A DNA stretch of 64,000 nucleotides from Hydrurus foetidus (Eukaryota): NCBI GenBank assembly GCA_900617105.1, contig UYFQ01000001.1:4092001-4156000 (forward strand), read 5' to 3'. The translations under genes and the position numbers were made by a program. Under the pieces are notes generated by a model that was given only the letters and a program-made list of their open reading frames with translations, was not told the origin of the DNA and searched no databases. Of this stretch, positions 9,000 through 18,608 are shown one piece after another (within the stretch, counting starts at the first letter, position 1; every line of letters starts with the position of its first letter).

Positions 9000-10076
9000 A
9001 CTCAACATTCTGCTTTGCGGTTTGATGTCGATGACTTTGACTTCATCGCCTTCACGCACGGTGAGTTTGACCGGCTGCTCGGGCGTGTCACGTGCCCAGA
9101 GTTTTTTGTAAAACGCTTGTAACCTAGTTACCGCCACGCCATCAACGGCCTGCACGACGGAGCCAGGTGTCAAGCCTGCATCGTCTGCCGGGCTGCCTTC
9201 GCTGACTCGCATCACCTGCACCTGCCCGCCTTGGTCGCTAGACGTGACGCCCAACCACGCACGATTGCCTTGTTTGCTGCTGCCTGATTGCTGCAGCTCG
9301 GCCAGAATGGGCGGGAGCAAATCAATCGGCACAAACATGTTGCCGGGCATGCGAAAGTTTTGACCTAACGCGTCCATCACAAGCAACGACCCAATGCCCA
9401 TCAGCTCGCCCGCGCTGTTGAAAAGCGGCGCGCCGCTGTGGTTGCCGCCGCCCGAGCTGACCGGTGGGCTGGTGAACAAAGCGGTGTCGAGGTGGTATTC
9501 CCATGTGCCTGAAAACGCGCGGCGGCTAACCAGGCGGGTCATGCTGACGCCTGCTGCGTCGCCTTCCAGGCCCGCGCCGGTGGCGGCCATCAGTGGTGCG
9601 CCGTTTTTTAATGATTGCGCGCTGCCCAACACAACAGGCACTACGCCGCGCAGCATGGGCGACGGCACCAGCGGCTTGACCAGGCCAAAGCCGGTGGCCA
9701 GGTCGTAGGCCACGGCCGTGGCAGGCAGGGCTTTGCCGTCTTGCGTGACGACTTCTATTTGCTCGGCCTCCAGCAGCAGGTAGCCGATGGTCAAAATCAG
9801 GCCGTCGCTGCCAATCACCACGCCCGAACCGCGGCGGTTAATGCCTAATGTTTGCGTTGACCGCGCGCCATCAACCGCCGTTACGCGCACGCCAACCACT
9901 GCCGCGTGGGCTTTGGTCAGGGCGGTCATGATGCTTTTAGATTCAGCTGCAGATGCTGCTGCTGCTGCGCCCGTGCTACGCGATGCGGTGGCTGCGTGCG
10001 CTGTGGGCGGCACTAAAAACACCAAAGGCAGTGCCCAAAATAGCGGGGCAAATAAAAGCCGTAAGAGCGGTGGCAT
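8976..10076 (-). CDS. Exported S1C trypsin-like protein with PDZ domain, probably lacking the catalytic His
   Basis: Signal peptide; GSGVVIG, LTIGYLL, NHSGAPL; PDZ WLGV...SPADDAGL; AGGAG RBS before ATG 10076. Confidence 0.85.
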   Translation of the reverse strand: MPPLLRLLFAPLFWALPLVFLVPPTAHAATASRSTGAAAAASAAESKSIMTALTKAHAAVVGVRVTAVDGARSTQTLGINRRGSGVVIGSDGLILTIGYLLLEAEQIEVVTQDGKALPATAVAYDLATGFGLVKPLVPSPMLRGVVPVVLGSAQSLKNGAPLMAATGAGLEGDAAGVSMTRLVSRRAFSGTWEYHLDTALFTSPPVSSGGGNHSGAPLFNSAGELMGIGSLLVMDALGQNFRMPGNMFVPIDLLPPILAELQQSGSSKQGNRAWLGVTSSDQGGQVQVMRVSEGSPADDAGLTPGSVVQAVDGVAVTRLQAFYKKLWARDTPEQPVKLTVREGDEVKVIDIKPQSRMLSLKKPAGI

Positions 10077-10215
10077 GGTCGGTCTCCTGAACGGGCCGGG
10101 CGAGATAGACGGCACGCAAATATAGAATGCGCCTTTTTCAGATTTGCTGCAAGCGCGGGGGAATCAAACTTTCCAGCGACAGCGAAAGCGACAGAGCAAA
10201 AGCTGTGAAGTCACG

Positions 10216-10425
10216 TCAAGCCGATTCTTGCGCCGCCGCTAAACACGCCGCCAGTTGCTGCGCGCTCCCGACTTGGTTGGCGAGCAAAAGCACTAGCCGC
10301 GCGTTCAAAGCCTCAGACGCATCGCGGCTTAAGCCGGCGTGAGCGTCCAGCAGGCTTTCGTAAAAGCCGTCGGCATCTTCAAAGTTCAGCAGGTGTGCGG
10401 CGGGCGAGGGCATGCTTGCTTTCAT
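10216..10425 (-). CDS. DUF2783 family protein
   Basis: DGFYESLLDAHAGLS...NARLVLLLANQVG; ATGA overlap with the upstream gene. Confidence 0.85.
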   Translation of the reverse strand: MKASMPSPAAHLLNFEDADGFYESLLDAHAGLSRDASEALNARLVLLLANQVGSAQQLAACLAAAQESA

Positions 10426-12191
10426 TGGGTGTGCCCCAGCGCAGCGCTGATGCACTGCACCAGCTCGCTGTTGATCTGGTTGCCCGTGGCGGCGATGTAG
10501 GTGTCTGGCCGCAGCAGCGCCCAGCGGGTAGGCGGTGCGTTTACGCTAGCTGCGGAGCTGCCTGTGCAAGTCGCCAGCAGATGGCCATTGACGTCAACCA
10601 CCGACTCTTTGACCTGCGACTGACCTCGCGAAGCCACAACTTGCACACAGCGCACCGGGGCGGTGCGGCTCAAGCTGACCAGGCGTTTAACGTCTTGGGC
10701 AGACACGTTACCAAACACCAGCACCAGCAAGTTGCCGCGCGCCCACTTCAGCAGGTCGGCCAATTCGCCCGTGCTGTCGTTTACCCAATTGAACGCGACG
10801 TTTTGTACAGGCCGCCCGCCGCTGCTGTGGCAAGCTGACGTTTGGCTATATACGTTAGGCGACGACATGCGGCCAGTGTTGACCAGTTGCCGCGCAAACG
10901 CGTGGCGCTTGGCCAGGCTGATGGCGGCGCTGCGAAACACGCGCTCGGCACCATCCAGAGGCCGCAAAAAGCGAGCGGTGCGGTTGGTCACCAGCACGTT
11001 GTGCTTGGCCGCTTCGTGCCGCTCGGCGTGGTAGCTGTCCAGCAACGCGGGCGCCGCGCGGCGCTGCACCACGGCGGCCAGCTTCCAGGCCACGTTATCA
11101 GCATCTTGTACGCCTGAATTGCCGCCGCGCGCACCGAATGGGCTAACGACATGCGCGGCGTCGCCCACAAACAGCACGCGGCCGTGGCGCAACTCGTCCA
11201 GGCACTCGCTGCGGTAGGCGTAGGGGCCGACCCACACGATTTCATATTCGCTGGGGTCGACCTTTCTGCCCAGTTGCCCATTGATTCGCTCACGCACCAC
11301 GTCTTCACGGCTGACTTCTTCGGGGTCGGCGTCGGGGCGCATTTGGTAGTCGATGCGCCACACGCCATCGGCCATCAGGTGCTGCCACACGGCGCGGTTT
11401 TCGTTAAACGGCGCTTCTATCCAGGTGTGGCGCTCAACAGCAGGTGGGTTTTTAAAACGCACATCGGCAATGCACCAGCGGTCGTCGCCTTTTTTTGCCG
11501 TCACGCTCACGCCGCACCAGCTACGAAACGGGCTGCGCGCGCCGCTGCAGTCGACCACATGCGTTGCTTCCAGCGTGTAGCTACCAGCAGGTGTTTGCAA
11601 TTGCAGCGTGGCGAAGTTATCGTTTTGCTCGAAAGCGGTAATGCGGTGTGACCAGCGTAAATCTACGCTTGGCTTGTCTGCAGTGTCTACCTTGTTTTGG
11701 TAAATCTGCTCGACTAAAAAACCTTCAACGTAAAACTGCTGAATATTGATAAACGGCGGCTGCACGCTCACGTTGTGGGTTTGCTGGGTTTTCAAATCAA
11801 ACGAATACACCTCGTCAAGGCCCGCAAAAGTGCGGCCCACTGACCACTGCACGCCCTTGGCGGCAATGCGGTCGTACAGGCCCAGGCGCTTGAAAATCTC
11901 CAGCGTTTTTTGCGCGTAGCAAATGCCGCGCGACGATGCGCCTTTCACGCCCACCGTGTTGTCTTCGTCCAGCAGCAACGCTTTGACGCCGAACTGCGCC
12001 AACGCGCAAGCCAGCGTTAAACCTGCGAGCCCGCCACCAACAATCACGATGTCGTGGCGTTTGACTTCGCCTGTTTTTAATTCAGGCGGCTCTACAAACG
12101 GGTACTCGGGTAACTGGTAGCCGCTACCTTGCGAAAACTCGTAACCGTTGTTGTGGGCGGCGTCCTGGTAAGTTATTTTGTCTTCAAGCAT
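10422..12191 (-). CDS. FAD-dependent aromatic monooxygenase (MhpA/PheA-like)
   Basis: VGGGLAGL, DCSGARS, GDAAH...PFGARGGNSGVQDA. Confidence 0.9.
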   Translation of the reverse strand: MLEDKITYQDAAHNNGYEFSQGSGYQLPEYPFVEPPELKTGEVKRHDIVIVGGGLAGLTLACALAQFGVKALLLDEDNTVGVKGASSRGICYAQKTLEIFKRLGLYDRIAAKGVQWSVGRTFAGLDEVYSFDLKTQQTHNVSVQPPFINIQQFYVEGFLVEQIYQNKVDTADKPSVDLRWSHRITAFEQNDNFATLQLQTPAGSYTLEATHVVDCSGARSPFRSWCGVSVTAKKGDDRWCIADVRFKNPPAVERHTWIEAPFNENRAVWQHLMADGVWRIDYQMRPDADPEEVSREDVVRERINGQLGRKVDPSEYEIVWVGPYAYRSECLDELRHGRVLFVGDAAHVVSPFGARGGNSGVQDADNVAWKLAAVVQRRAAPALLDSYHAERHEAAKHNVLVTNRTARFLRPLDGAERVFRSAAISLAKRHAFARQLVNTGRMSSPNVYSQTSACHSSGGRPVQNVAFNWVNDSTGELADLLKWARGNLLVLVFGNVSAQDVKRLVSLSRTAPVRCVQVVASRGQSQVKESVVDVNGHLLATCTGSSAASVNAPPTRWALLRPDTYIAATGNQINSELVQCISAALGHTQ

Positions 12192-12226
12192 GTAAAAGGG
12201 CGCTTTTGAGGGTATAAAAACGACTT

Positions 12227-12269
12227 TAGACCAATGATTACGTGCGTGAGCAGCTACTAATTAAATAGC
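12227..12269 (-). repeat. REP-like family A copy
   Basis: TAGACCAATGATTACGTGCGTGAGCAGCTACTAATTAAATAGC. Confidence 0.8.
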
Positions 12270-12270
12270 A

Positions 12271-12858
12271 TTAATCAGCTGCTGCTGCCACTGCTCGCTC
12301 AGCCCGCCATTGCTTTTTGCGCTCAGTCCATGCCGCCAGCGTGGCGTGCACGGTGGCGCTTTCTTTTTGCATGTGCACGTCGTCGGCCAGCTGGGCAGTG
12401 AGCTCCAGGCGCACGCCGTTGGGGTCAAAAAAGTAAATGCTTTTAAAGATGTGGTGGTCAGTCACGCCCAGCACTTCAATGCCTTCGGCTTCAAGCCGCG
12501 TCTTCATGGCCTGCAGCTCGGCCACAGTGTTGACGCGAAAGGATATGTGGTTAACCCACAGCGGCGTGTTGGGTGAGGGCAGGGCCGCCTGGTCGTCGCC
12601 CAAATCAAAAAACGCAATGAACGAGCCGTCTTGCAGCCGAAAGAAGAAGTGCGTGTACGGGCAATATTCTCCCGTGCTGGGCACGATGTCGCTTTGAATA
12701 ATATGAAACAGCGGCAGGCCCAAAATGTCTTCGTAAAAATGGCGGGTTTCTTCGGCGTCTTTGGCGCGGTAGGCGTAGTGGTGCAGCTGCTGAATGGGCG
12801 CGGGCGGCGGCAAACTGGCGAGTTGGGCAACTGAGCCATCTGAAATGTGGGCGGGCAT
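12271..12858 (-). CDS. VOC/glyoxalase family protein
   Basis: LHHYAY...FYEDILGL, HISF, SIYFFDPNGVRLE. Confidence 0.9.
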   Translation of the reverse strand: MPAHISDGSVAQLASLPPPAPIQQLHHYAYRAKDAEETRHFYEDILGLPLFHIIQSDIVPSTGEYCPYTHFFFRLQDGSFIAFFDLGDDQAALPSPNTPLWVNHISFRVNTVAELQAMKTRLEAEGIEVLGVTDHHIFKSIYFFDPNGVRLELTAQLADDVHMQKESATVHATLAAWTERKKQWRAERAVAAAAD

Positions 12859-12883
12859 GTTTTGTCCCTTGGGTTGTTAGCGT

Positions 12884-12916
12884 TTACTAATGCGTAATTA
12901 ATTTACTATAACGTAA
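12884..12916. promoter_or_regulatory. Tandem palindromic operators TTAC-N6-GTAA
   Basis: TTACTAATGCGTAA (12884-12897) and TTACTATAACGTAA (12903-12916). Confidence 0.6.
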
Positions 12917-13016
12917 TTTTATAATCGATGGCGGGGAGCAAAAGCGCAGCCGTGCGACACTGGTGGGCTGCCTTGCTTCACAACCTAGAAACGATGACCT
13001 CCATCAGAAAGCCCTC

Positions 13017-13526
13017 ATGACCCCTGCTGTTTATTCTTATTCGGTGCCCGTGTTTACCCAATTGCTGGGCGGCCTGAAGGCAGTCCTCAAAAAAGCTGAA
13101 GCGCACGTACTTGACAAAAAAATCGACCCGAACGCCTTGCTGCAAGCGCGGCTGTTTCCAGACATGTTCACCCTGCTGCGCCAAGTGCAGGTGGCGAGCG
13201 ACTTCGCCAAAAGCGTGTCCGCCCGGCTGGCTGGCGTTGAAGTACCCAAGATGGCAGACGACGAGGAAACCTTCGCGCACCTTGAAGCGCGCATTGACAC
13301 AGTGCTGGCGTTTATCAAGGGTTTAGACGTTGCGGCATTTAACGAAGCCGCCAAACGAGAAATCATTACGCAGGCTGGCTCGCCAAAGGAAAAGCGCTTT
13401 ACCGGTCAGTCGTATTTGCAAAACTACGGCCTGCCGCATTTCTACTTTCACGTGACCACGGCGTACAACATCTTGCGGCACAACGGCGTGCCTTTGTCCA
13501 AGGGTGACTACATCGGCACGTTCTGA
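13017..13526 (+). CDS. DUF1993 family (DinB/YfiT-like) protein
   Basis: ARLFPDMF...QVQ, LPHFYFHVTTAYNILRHNGV. Confidence 0.9.
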   Translation: MTPAVYSYSVPVFTQLLGGLKAVLKKAEAHVLDKKIDPNALLQARLFPDMFTLLRQVQVASDFAKSVSARLAGVEVPKMADDEETFAHLEARIDTVLAFIKGLDVAAFNEAAKREIITQAGSPKEKRFTGQSYLQNYGLPHFYFHVTTAYNILRHNGVPLSKGDYIGTF

Positions 13527-13551
13527 TGGCCCCTTGGGCAAGGCGAAAATT

Positions 13552-13600
13552 GCTATAAATACATGAGCTGCTCGCGCCCGTATTTATTGGGCTAAAAGCC
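13552..13600 (+). repeat. REP-like family A copy
   Basis: GCTATAAATACATGAGCTGCTCGCGCCCGTATTTATTGGGCTAAAAGCC. Confidence 0.9.
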
Positions 13601-13610
13601 AGTTTTACAT

Positions 13611-13649
13611 AAAAAAAGCGCCTGTGGAGAGCTCCACAGGCGCTTTTTT
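13611..13649. terminator. Bidirectional intrinsic terminator
   Basis: A-tract, GCGCCTGTGGAG-AG-CTCCACAGGCGC, T-tract, between convergent genes. Confidence 0.9.
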
Positions 13650-13664
13650 AACGGATACTGAAAA

Positions 13665-16097
13665 CTACAGCGTATCGATAAAGCTGCGCAGTTTGTCTGA
13701 GCGTGATGGGTGCTTGAGCTTGCGCAGCGCCTTGGCTTCTATCTGGCGAATACGCTCACGCGTCACGTCGAATTGTTTGCCGACTTCTTCCAGCGTGTGG
13801 TCGGTTGACATTTCAATACCAAAGCGCATGCGCAGCACTTTGGCTTCGCGTGGGGTCAGGCTGTCGAGGATGTCTTTGACCACATCGCGCAGGCCGGCTT
13901 GCATGGCGGCTTCCAGCGGGGCGGTGTTGGCGCCGTCTTCAATAAAGTCGCCCAGGTGTGAATCGTCATCATCACCAATCGGCGTTTCCATCGAAATCGG
14001 CTCCTTCGCAATCTTCATGATTTTGCGAATTTTGTCTTCCGGGATTTCCATTTTTTCAGCAAGCACGCTTGCGTCTGGCTCAAAGCCAAACTCCTGCAAG
14101 TGCTGACGGCTCAAGCGGTTCATCTTGTTAATGGTTTCAATCATGTGCACCGGAATACGGATGGTCCGCGCCTGGTCGGCAATGCTGCGGGTAATCGCCT
14201 GACGAATCCACCACGTGGCGTAAGTTGAAAATTTGTAGCCCCGGCGGTATTCAAATTTGTCGACCGCTTTCATCAAGCCGATGTTGCCTTCTTGAATCAA
14301 ATCAAGAAACTGCAAACCACGGTTGGTGTACTTTTTAGCAATCGAAATCACCAGGCGCAAATTGGCCTCGATCATTTCTTTTTTAGCGTCGCGCGAGTTG
14401 GTCTCGCCTTCGTTCATGCGCTTGTTGATGTCTTTCAAGTGCGACAGCGGCACCACCACACGCGCCTGCAATTCGCCCAGTTTGGTTTGCAGTTCTTGAA
14501 TCGGCGGCACGTTTCGGGCCATGGTCACTGACCACGGCTTGCCAGACGCGACCTGCTTTTCAACCCACTTTAAATTGAGCAAATTGGGTGGAAAGTCTTT
14601 GATAAACGTTTCTTGCGGCATGCCGCACTTGTCGACGATGATGCGACGCAGCTCGCGCTCTTTTTTGCGCACGTCCAGCACCTGGCCGCGCAGCAGGTCG
14701 CACAGTTTTTCAATGGATTTGGCGGTAAAGCGCACGGTCATCAGCTCGTCACTCAGGGCCTTTTGGCTCTTCATGTAGACGGGTGTGCCGTAGCCTTCTT
14801 TGTCGTAGGTTTTGTGCACCTTTTCAAAGTGCACGGCCATGCGGTCGAACCGCAGCAGCGCTTCAGTCTTTAATTCCTCAAGCTTTTTGGTCAGCGCTTT
14901 GGAGCCGCCCTTGCCGTCGTCGTCGTCTTCTTCGTCGAACTCGTCAAAGTCTTCTTCGGCCACGTAATCGTCGGCCTCATCGGCGACGGTAAAGCCGTCG
15001 ACCACGGTTGAAATGACGATTTTGTTTTCACGAATGTCTTGCGCCAGTCGCAAAATTTCGGCGATCGTGGCAGGGCTCTCAGAAATGGCTTCCATCATGC
15101 GCATCAAGCCGCCTTCAATGCGTTTGGCGATTTCAATTTCGCCTTCACGGGTCAGCAGCTCAACCGTGCCCATCTCGCGCATGTACATGCGAACCGGGTC
15201 AGTGGTGCGGCCGAATTCACTGTCTACCGTCGACAGCGCGGCTTCGGCGGCTTCTTCGGCTTCTTCTTCTGTTGAGCCTGCGGGCGCGTTGCTGGTAATG
15301 AGCAAGGCTTCGGCGTCAGGCGTTTGCTCGTACACGGCCACACCCAAATCGTTCAGGGTGTTGATGACGGCCTCAAGCGTTTCAGCGTCGATCAACTTGT
15401 CGGGCAGGTGGTCAGAAATTTCGCCGTGCGTTAAGTAGCCGCGCGTTTTACCTTGCTTGATCAGCGCTTTCAAGCGCTGGCGGCGCTTGAGCACGTCTTC
15501 TTCGCTCAGCACGGTTTCGTCCAGGCCGAACTCTTTCATCAGCGCGCGCTCTTTGGCCTTGCTGATTTTCATCCGCAGCGGTTTGACCTTTTCGGCGGTG
15601 TCTACGGCTGGCGCTTCTTCAAATTCAGCAACGACGTCGGACAGGTCTTCGTCGCCATCGCCTTTGGCTTTGCGGCCGCGCTTGGCGCCAGCAGTTGCCG
15701 CGCCATCGTCAGGCGTGGCGTTTTTCGGCGGGCGGCCGGGTTTCTTTTTCAAGGGCACTTCAATGGCGGCTGCAGGGGGAGTCTTAAGGGGCACGGACGG
15801 GGCTTTCTTTGCGGATGGTTTGAGTGTGAGGCTGTTTGGCGCAAGCTTGGCGGTGGGCTTTTTTTCAGGGTTTGCCGCTAGCTTGCTGGACAGGGAAGAG
15901 GTGGTGACTTTTTTCGTTTTATCAACCGCTGCCGGCTTGGCCGCCGGTTTGGCGAGAATTTTTACCGATGCTTTTGCCTCAACAATCGCTTTGGCGCTTC
16001 GTTTAACTGCTGGCTTCACGGCTGGTTTAACTGCGGCTGTTACAGCCGTTTTCACCACAGTTTTAGCAGCAGGTTTTTTTGATTTTTGCAAAGGCAT
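13665..16097 (-). CDS. rpoD: RNA polymerase sigma factor RpoD with long Lys/Ala/Pro-rich N-terminal extension
   Basis: [45 protein letters not shown]...[13 protein letters not shown] before ATG 16097. Confidence 0.98.
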   Translation of the reverse strand: MPLQKSKKPAAKTVVKTAVTAAVKPAVKPAVKRSAKAIVEAKASVKILAKPAAKPAAVDKTKKVTTSSLSSKLAANPEKKPTAKLAPNSLTLKPSAKKAPSVPLKTPPAAAIEVPLKKKPGRPPKNATPDDGAATAGAKRGRKAKGDGDEDLSDVVAEFEEAPAVDTAEKVKPLRMKISKAKERALMKEFGLDETVLSEEDVLKRRQRLKALIKQGKTRGYLTHGEISDHLPDKLIDAETLEAVINTLNDLGVAVYEQTPDAEALLITSNAPAGSTEEEAEEAAEAALSTVDSEFGRTTDPVRMYMREMGTVELLTREGEIEIAKRIEGGLMRMMEAISESPATIAEILRLAQDIRENKIVISTVVDGFTVADEADDYVAEEDFDEFDEEDDDDGKGGSKALTKKLEELKTEALLRFDRMAVHFEKVHKTYDKEGYGTPVYMKSQKALSDELMTVRFTAKSIEKLCDLLRGQVLDVRKKERELRRIIVDKCGMPQETFIKDFPPNLLNLKWVEKQVASGKPWSVTMARNVPPIQELQTKLGELQARVVVPLSHLKDINKRMNEGETNSRDAKKEMIEANLRLVISIAKKYTNRGLQFLDLIQEGNIGLMKAVDKFEYRRGYKFSTYATWWIRQAITRSIADQARTIRIPVHMIETINKMNRLSRQHLQEFGFEPDASVLAEKMEIPEDKIRKIMKIAKEPISMETPIGDDDDSHLGDFIEDGANTAPLEAAMQAGLRDVVKDILDSLTPREAKVLRMRFGIEMSTDHTLEEVGKQFDVTRERIRQIEAKALRKLKHPSRSDKLRSFIDTL

Positions 16098-16149
16098 GGC
16101 GGGCGCTCCGGATGACGAAAACGTTAAAACGCTAAACACAAACAAAAAG

Positions 16150-16242
16150 TGATTTCCCGGTTAGGAAATTAAATGATTTCCCGACTAGGGAATTAAATAA
16201 TTTCCCCGGTTAGGGGAATTAATTGGTTTCCCCAGCGAGGGG
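16150..16242. repeat. Four tandem 24-26-bp palindromic units (last one truncated) in the rpoD leader
   Basis: TGATTTCCCGGTTAGGAAATTAAA / TGATTTCCCGACTAGGGAATTAAA / TAATTTCCCCGGTTAGGGGAATTAAT / TGGTTTCCCCAGCGAGGGG. Confidence 0.9.
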
Positions 16243-16382
16243 CGTCAAGCAAGCTGTTGGGGCGAACATTTGGAATGCAGTCGTTGCGGTGGGGTGGCCG
16301 TTGCTTTAGAAGCTAAATTTCCGTGTGTGCGGAAGGCCTGTGCCGGACGTGTTGCTGTCGCGCTTACTGTACCGAAGATCGG

Positions 16383-16388
16383 ATTATA
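16383..16388 (-). promoter_or_regulatory. Putative -10 box of the rpoD promoter
   Basis: Perfect TATAAT on the minus strand between dnaG and rpoD. Confidence 0.5.
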
Positions 16389-16454
16389 CCCTATCGCCTC
16401 ATTTTTAGGCGGTTTAGTTGTACGGTTTGAGCAGTTTTAAGCTGCCTGAAAAGG

Positions 16455-18425
16455 CTAGCCCCGCAGCTGGGCACTCAGGGCTTTGTAGCGCTGCATGGCA
16501 AGTGGATCAGTGGCGGCGCGCTGGGCCAGCTCGTTTAATTCGCGCTGTTGGCTAAGTTTGAGGAGTTGGGCAAGAATGCTGCGCACTTCTGACCAGTCGC
16601 TTTCAATGCCTTCGGGAATTTGTGCCAGTTGGGCCGTGGCGTGGCCCTCAAAAGCGTGGCCTCGCAGGCCTTCGCGCAGGGCGGCCCAGGGCTGCGGGCC
16701 GTGGTCGTGCAACTGGCTTTCCAGCCAGGCAAACAGGGGGCCGTGCGGCGCGGGCAAGCTGCAAAGCAGCGCGTGTTCTTCGGCGCTCAGTTTGTCCCAG
16801 CTTTGCGCTTCTATCAGCAGCAGGCGCAGCACGCGGTCTTCCCGGCTGGCGGGCTGCAGTCGGCCAGCCACCCGGCGCGGCGTTTTGATGGTGGCTGCTA
16901 CGGGCGGTGCAAAGTGCGGCTCAGAGCCCGAATAATCGCTTTCAAAGCTGTTGGGGTAGTCGAGCTCGTCTGGGTAGGCGGCGTCAGCGCTTTCTGCCCC
17001 GTTTTGAGCTGTTTTTGACGCCGTTTCAGGGTTGTAGCCGCCTTTTTTAGGGCGCGAGTAGCTATTACTTTTATAGCTATCTTTGTAGCCGTTTCTGTAA
17101 CTGTTTTGGGCCGGCTGCCAGGCTTGCTCGAGGTCGCGGCTGTCCAGCTGCACCTTCTCGGCAATCACCGCCAGCATTTGCTTTTTAAATGCGCCGTCAG
17201 GCAGTTTGACCCACATGGGGCCAACCTGGCTGGTCAGGCGGGCCAAGCCTTCGGCGGTGTCTAAATCGCAGCCGTCTGCCGCAGCTTCCAGCATGAATTT
17301 GCTGAGCGGCATGGCTTTGGCCACCGCCTCGGCAAAGCCGTCTTTGCCGTGCTCCCGCACAAAGCTGTCGGGGTCGTGCTCGGCCGGCAAAAACAAGAAT
17401 TTAACGTTGCGCACGTCGGTGGCAAACGGCAGGGCTGCATCGAGCGCCTTGCGGGCAGCGCGAAGCCCTGCGCTGTCGCCATCAAAACTGAACACGACTG
17501 AATCGGTAAAGCGAAACAGTTTTTGCACGTGGTCTGCCGTGCAGGCGGTGCCCAGCGTGGCTACCGCATTGGCAAAGCCCATTTGTGCCAGCGCCACCAC
17601 GTCCATGTAACCTTCGGTGACCAGCGCGTAGCCGTGTTCTCGAAGGGCGGTGCGCGCCTCAAACAGGCCGTACAACTCGCGCCCTTTGCTGAAAACCGGC
17701 GTCTCAGGCGAGTTCAAGTACTTGGGTTTTTCGTCGCCAAAAACCCGCCCGCCAAAGCCAATGCATTCACCTTTGACATTGCGAATCGGGAACATCACTC
17801 TGTCGCGGAAGCGGTCGTAACGTTTGGCCTCCCCGGCAGCGTTTTCTTCCCCGGGCTCGCCAGTAATAACCAGGCCACTTTCAACCAGCAACGGGTCGTT
17901 GTAGTCCGCAAACACGCTGGCCAAACTGCGCCAGCCTTCAGGCGCGTAACCCAAGCCAAAGGTTTTGGCGATTTCGCCCGACAGGCCCCGGCCTTTGAAG
18001 TAATCAACCGCCTTGGGCGTATTGCGCAGGTGCTTGATGTAAGCAATGCCAGCTTTTTCCAGCACGCTGGTCAACGTGGATTGTTGCTCGCGCATTTGCG
18101 CGGCTTTGGCCCGGTCTTGAGGGGACACGTCGTCCTCAGGCACCTGCAGGCCGTATTGCTGGGCCAGGTCTTTGACCGATTCAACGAACGACATGCCGGC
18201 GTGATCCATCAAAAAGCTGATGGCATTGCCGTTTTTGCCACAGCCAAAGCAGTGGTAAAACTGTTTGGCCGGGCTGACGCTGAACGACGGCGACTTCTCG
18301 CCATGAAACGGGCACAGTCCCATGAAATTGGCGCCGCCTTTTTTCAGCTGCACGTGGCGGCCCACAATGTCGACAATGTCGGCGCGGGCTAACAGTTCTT
18401 GAACGAAAGATTGGGGAATGGCCAC
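16455..18425 (-). CDS. dnaG: DNA primase
   Basis: CPFHGEKSPSF...CFGC zinc finger, PKYLNSPET, TEGYMDV, FDGDSAG TOPRIM. Confidence 0.98.
   Translation of the reverse strand: MAIPQSFVQELLARADIVDIVGRHVQLKKGGANFMGLCPFHGEKSPSFSVSPAKQFYHCFGCGKNGNAISFLMDHAGMSFVESVKDLAQQYGLQVPEDDVSPQDRAKAAQMREQQSTLTSVLEKAGIAYIKHLRNTPKAVDYFKGRGLSGEIAKTFGLGYAPEGWRSLASVFADYNDPLLVESGLVITGEPGEENAAGEAKRYDRFRDRVMFPIRNVKGECIGFGGRVFGDEKPKYLNSPETPVFSKGRELYGLFEARTALREHGYALVTEGYMDVVALAQMGFANAVATLGTACTADHVQKLFRFTDSVVFSFDGDSAGLRAARKALDAALPFATDVRNVKFLFLPAEHDPDSFVREHGKDGFAEAVAKAMPLSKFMLEAAADGCDLDTAEGLARLTSQVGPMWVKLPDGAFKKQMLAVIAEKVQLDSRDLEQAWQPAQNSYRNGYKDSYKSNSYSRPKKGGYNPETASKTAQNGAESADAAYPDELDYPNSFESDYSGSEPHFAPPVAATIKTPRRVAGRLQPASREDRVLRLLLIEAQSWDKLSAEEHALLCSLPAPHGPLFAWLESQLHDHGPQPWAALREGLRGHAFEGHATAQLAQIPEGIESDWSEVRSILAQLLKLSQQRELNELAQRAATDPLAMQRYKALSAQLRG
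17050..17077 (-). repeat. Partial family A copy in frame in dnaG (SYKSNSYSRP)
   Basis: GGGCGCGAGTAGCTATTACTTTTATAGC. Confidence 0.75.
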
Positions 18426-18481
18426 GCGTAATTTTGTCTCATAACGGCCGGATCAAAACACAGAGGTTAAAAAGCAGACGT

Positions 18482-18512
18482 AAAAAAGCCCGCTTTTGGC
18501 GGGCTATTTTTT
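18482..18512 (-). terminator. Intrinsic terminator between the microprotein gene and dnaG
   Basis: AAAAAAGCCCGC-TTTTG-GCGGGCTATTTTTT. Confidence 0.85.
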
Positions 18513-18542
18513 GAAAAGCTGCGTTGAAATCAACGCATCAAT

Positions 18543-18608
18543 TCACTTGGCCGGTGCTTTTTTAGCTGGCTTTTTGGTTTTCTTTGGCTTGGCAGTAGCG
18601 TTGTTCAT
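18543..18608 (-). CDS. Putative 21-aa Lys-rich microprotein MNNATAKPKKTKKPAKKAPAK
   Basis: Manual translation; TAGGA RBS 7 nt before ATG; own terminator 30 nt after the stop. Confidence 0.65.
   Translation of the reverse strand: MNNATAKPKKTKKPAKKAPAK

Noticed and set aside
9930..9980. Degenerate family A copy in the protease N-terminus (RSTGAAA...ESKS)
   Set aside because: Only a short GCTGCTGCGCCCGT match within a GCT run; could be chance.
16150..16242. Mini-CRISPR array
   Set aside because: Units are directly adjacent with no unique spacers, and no cas genes are in the window.
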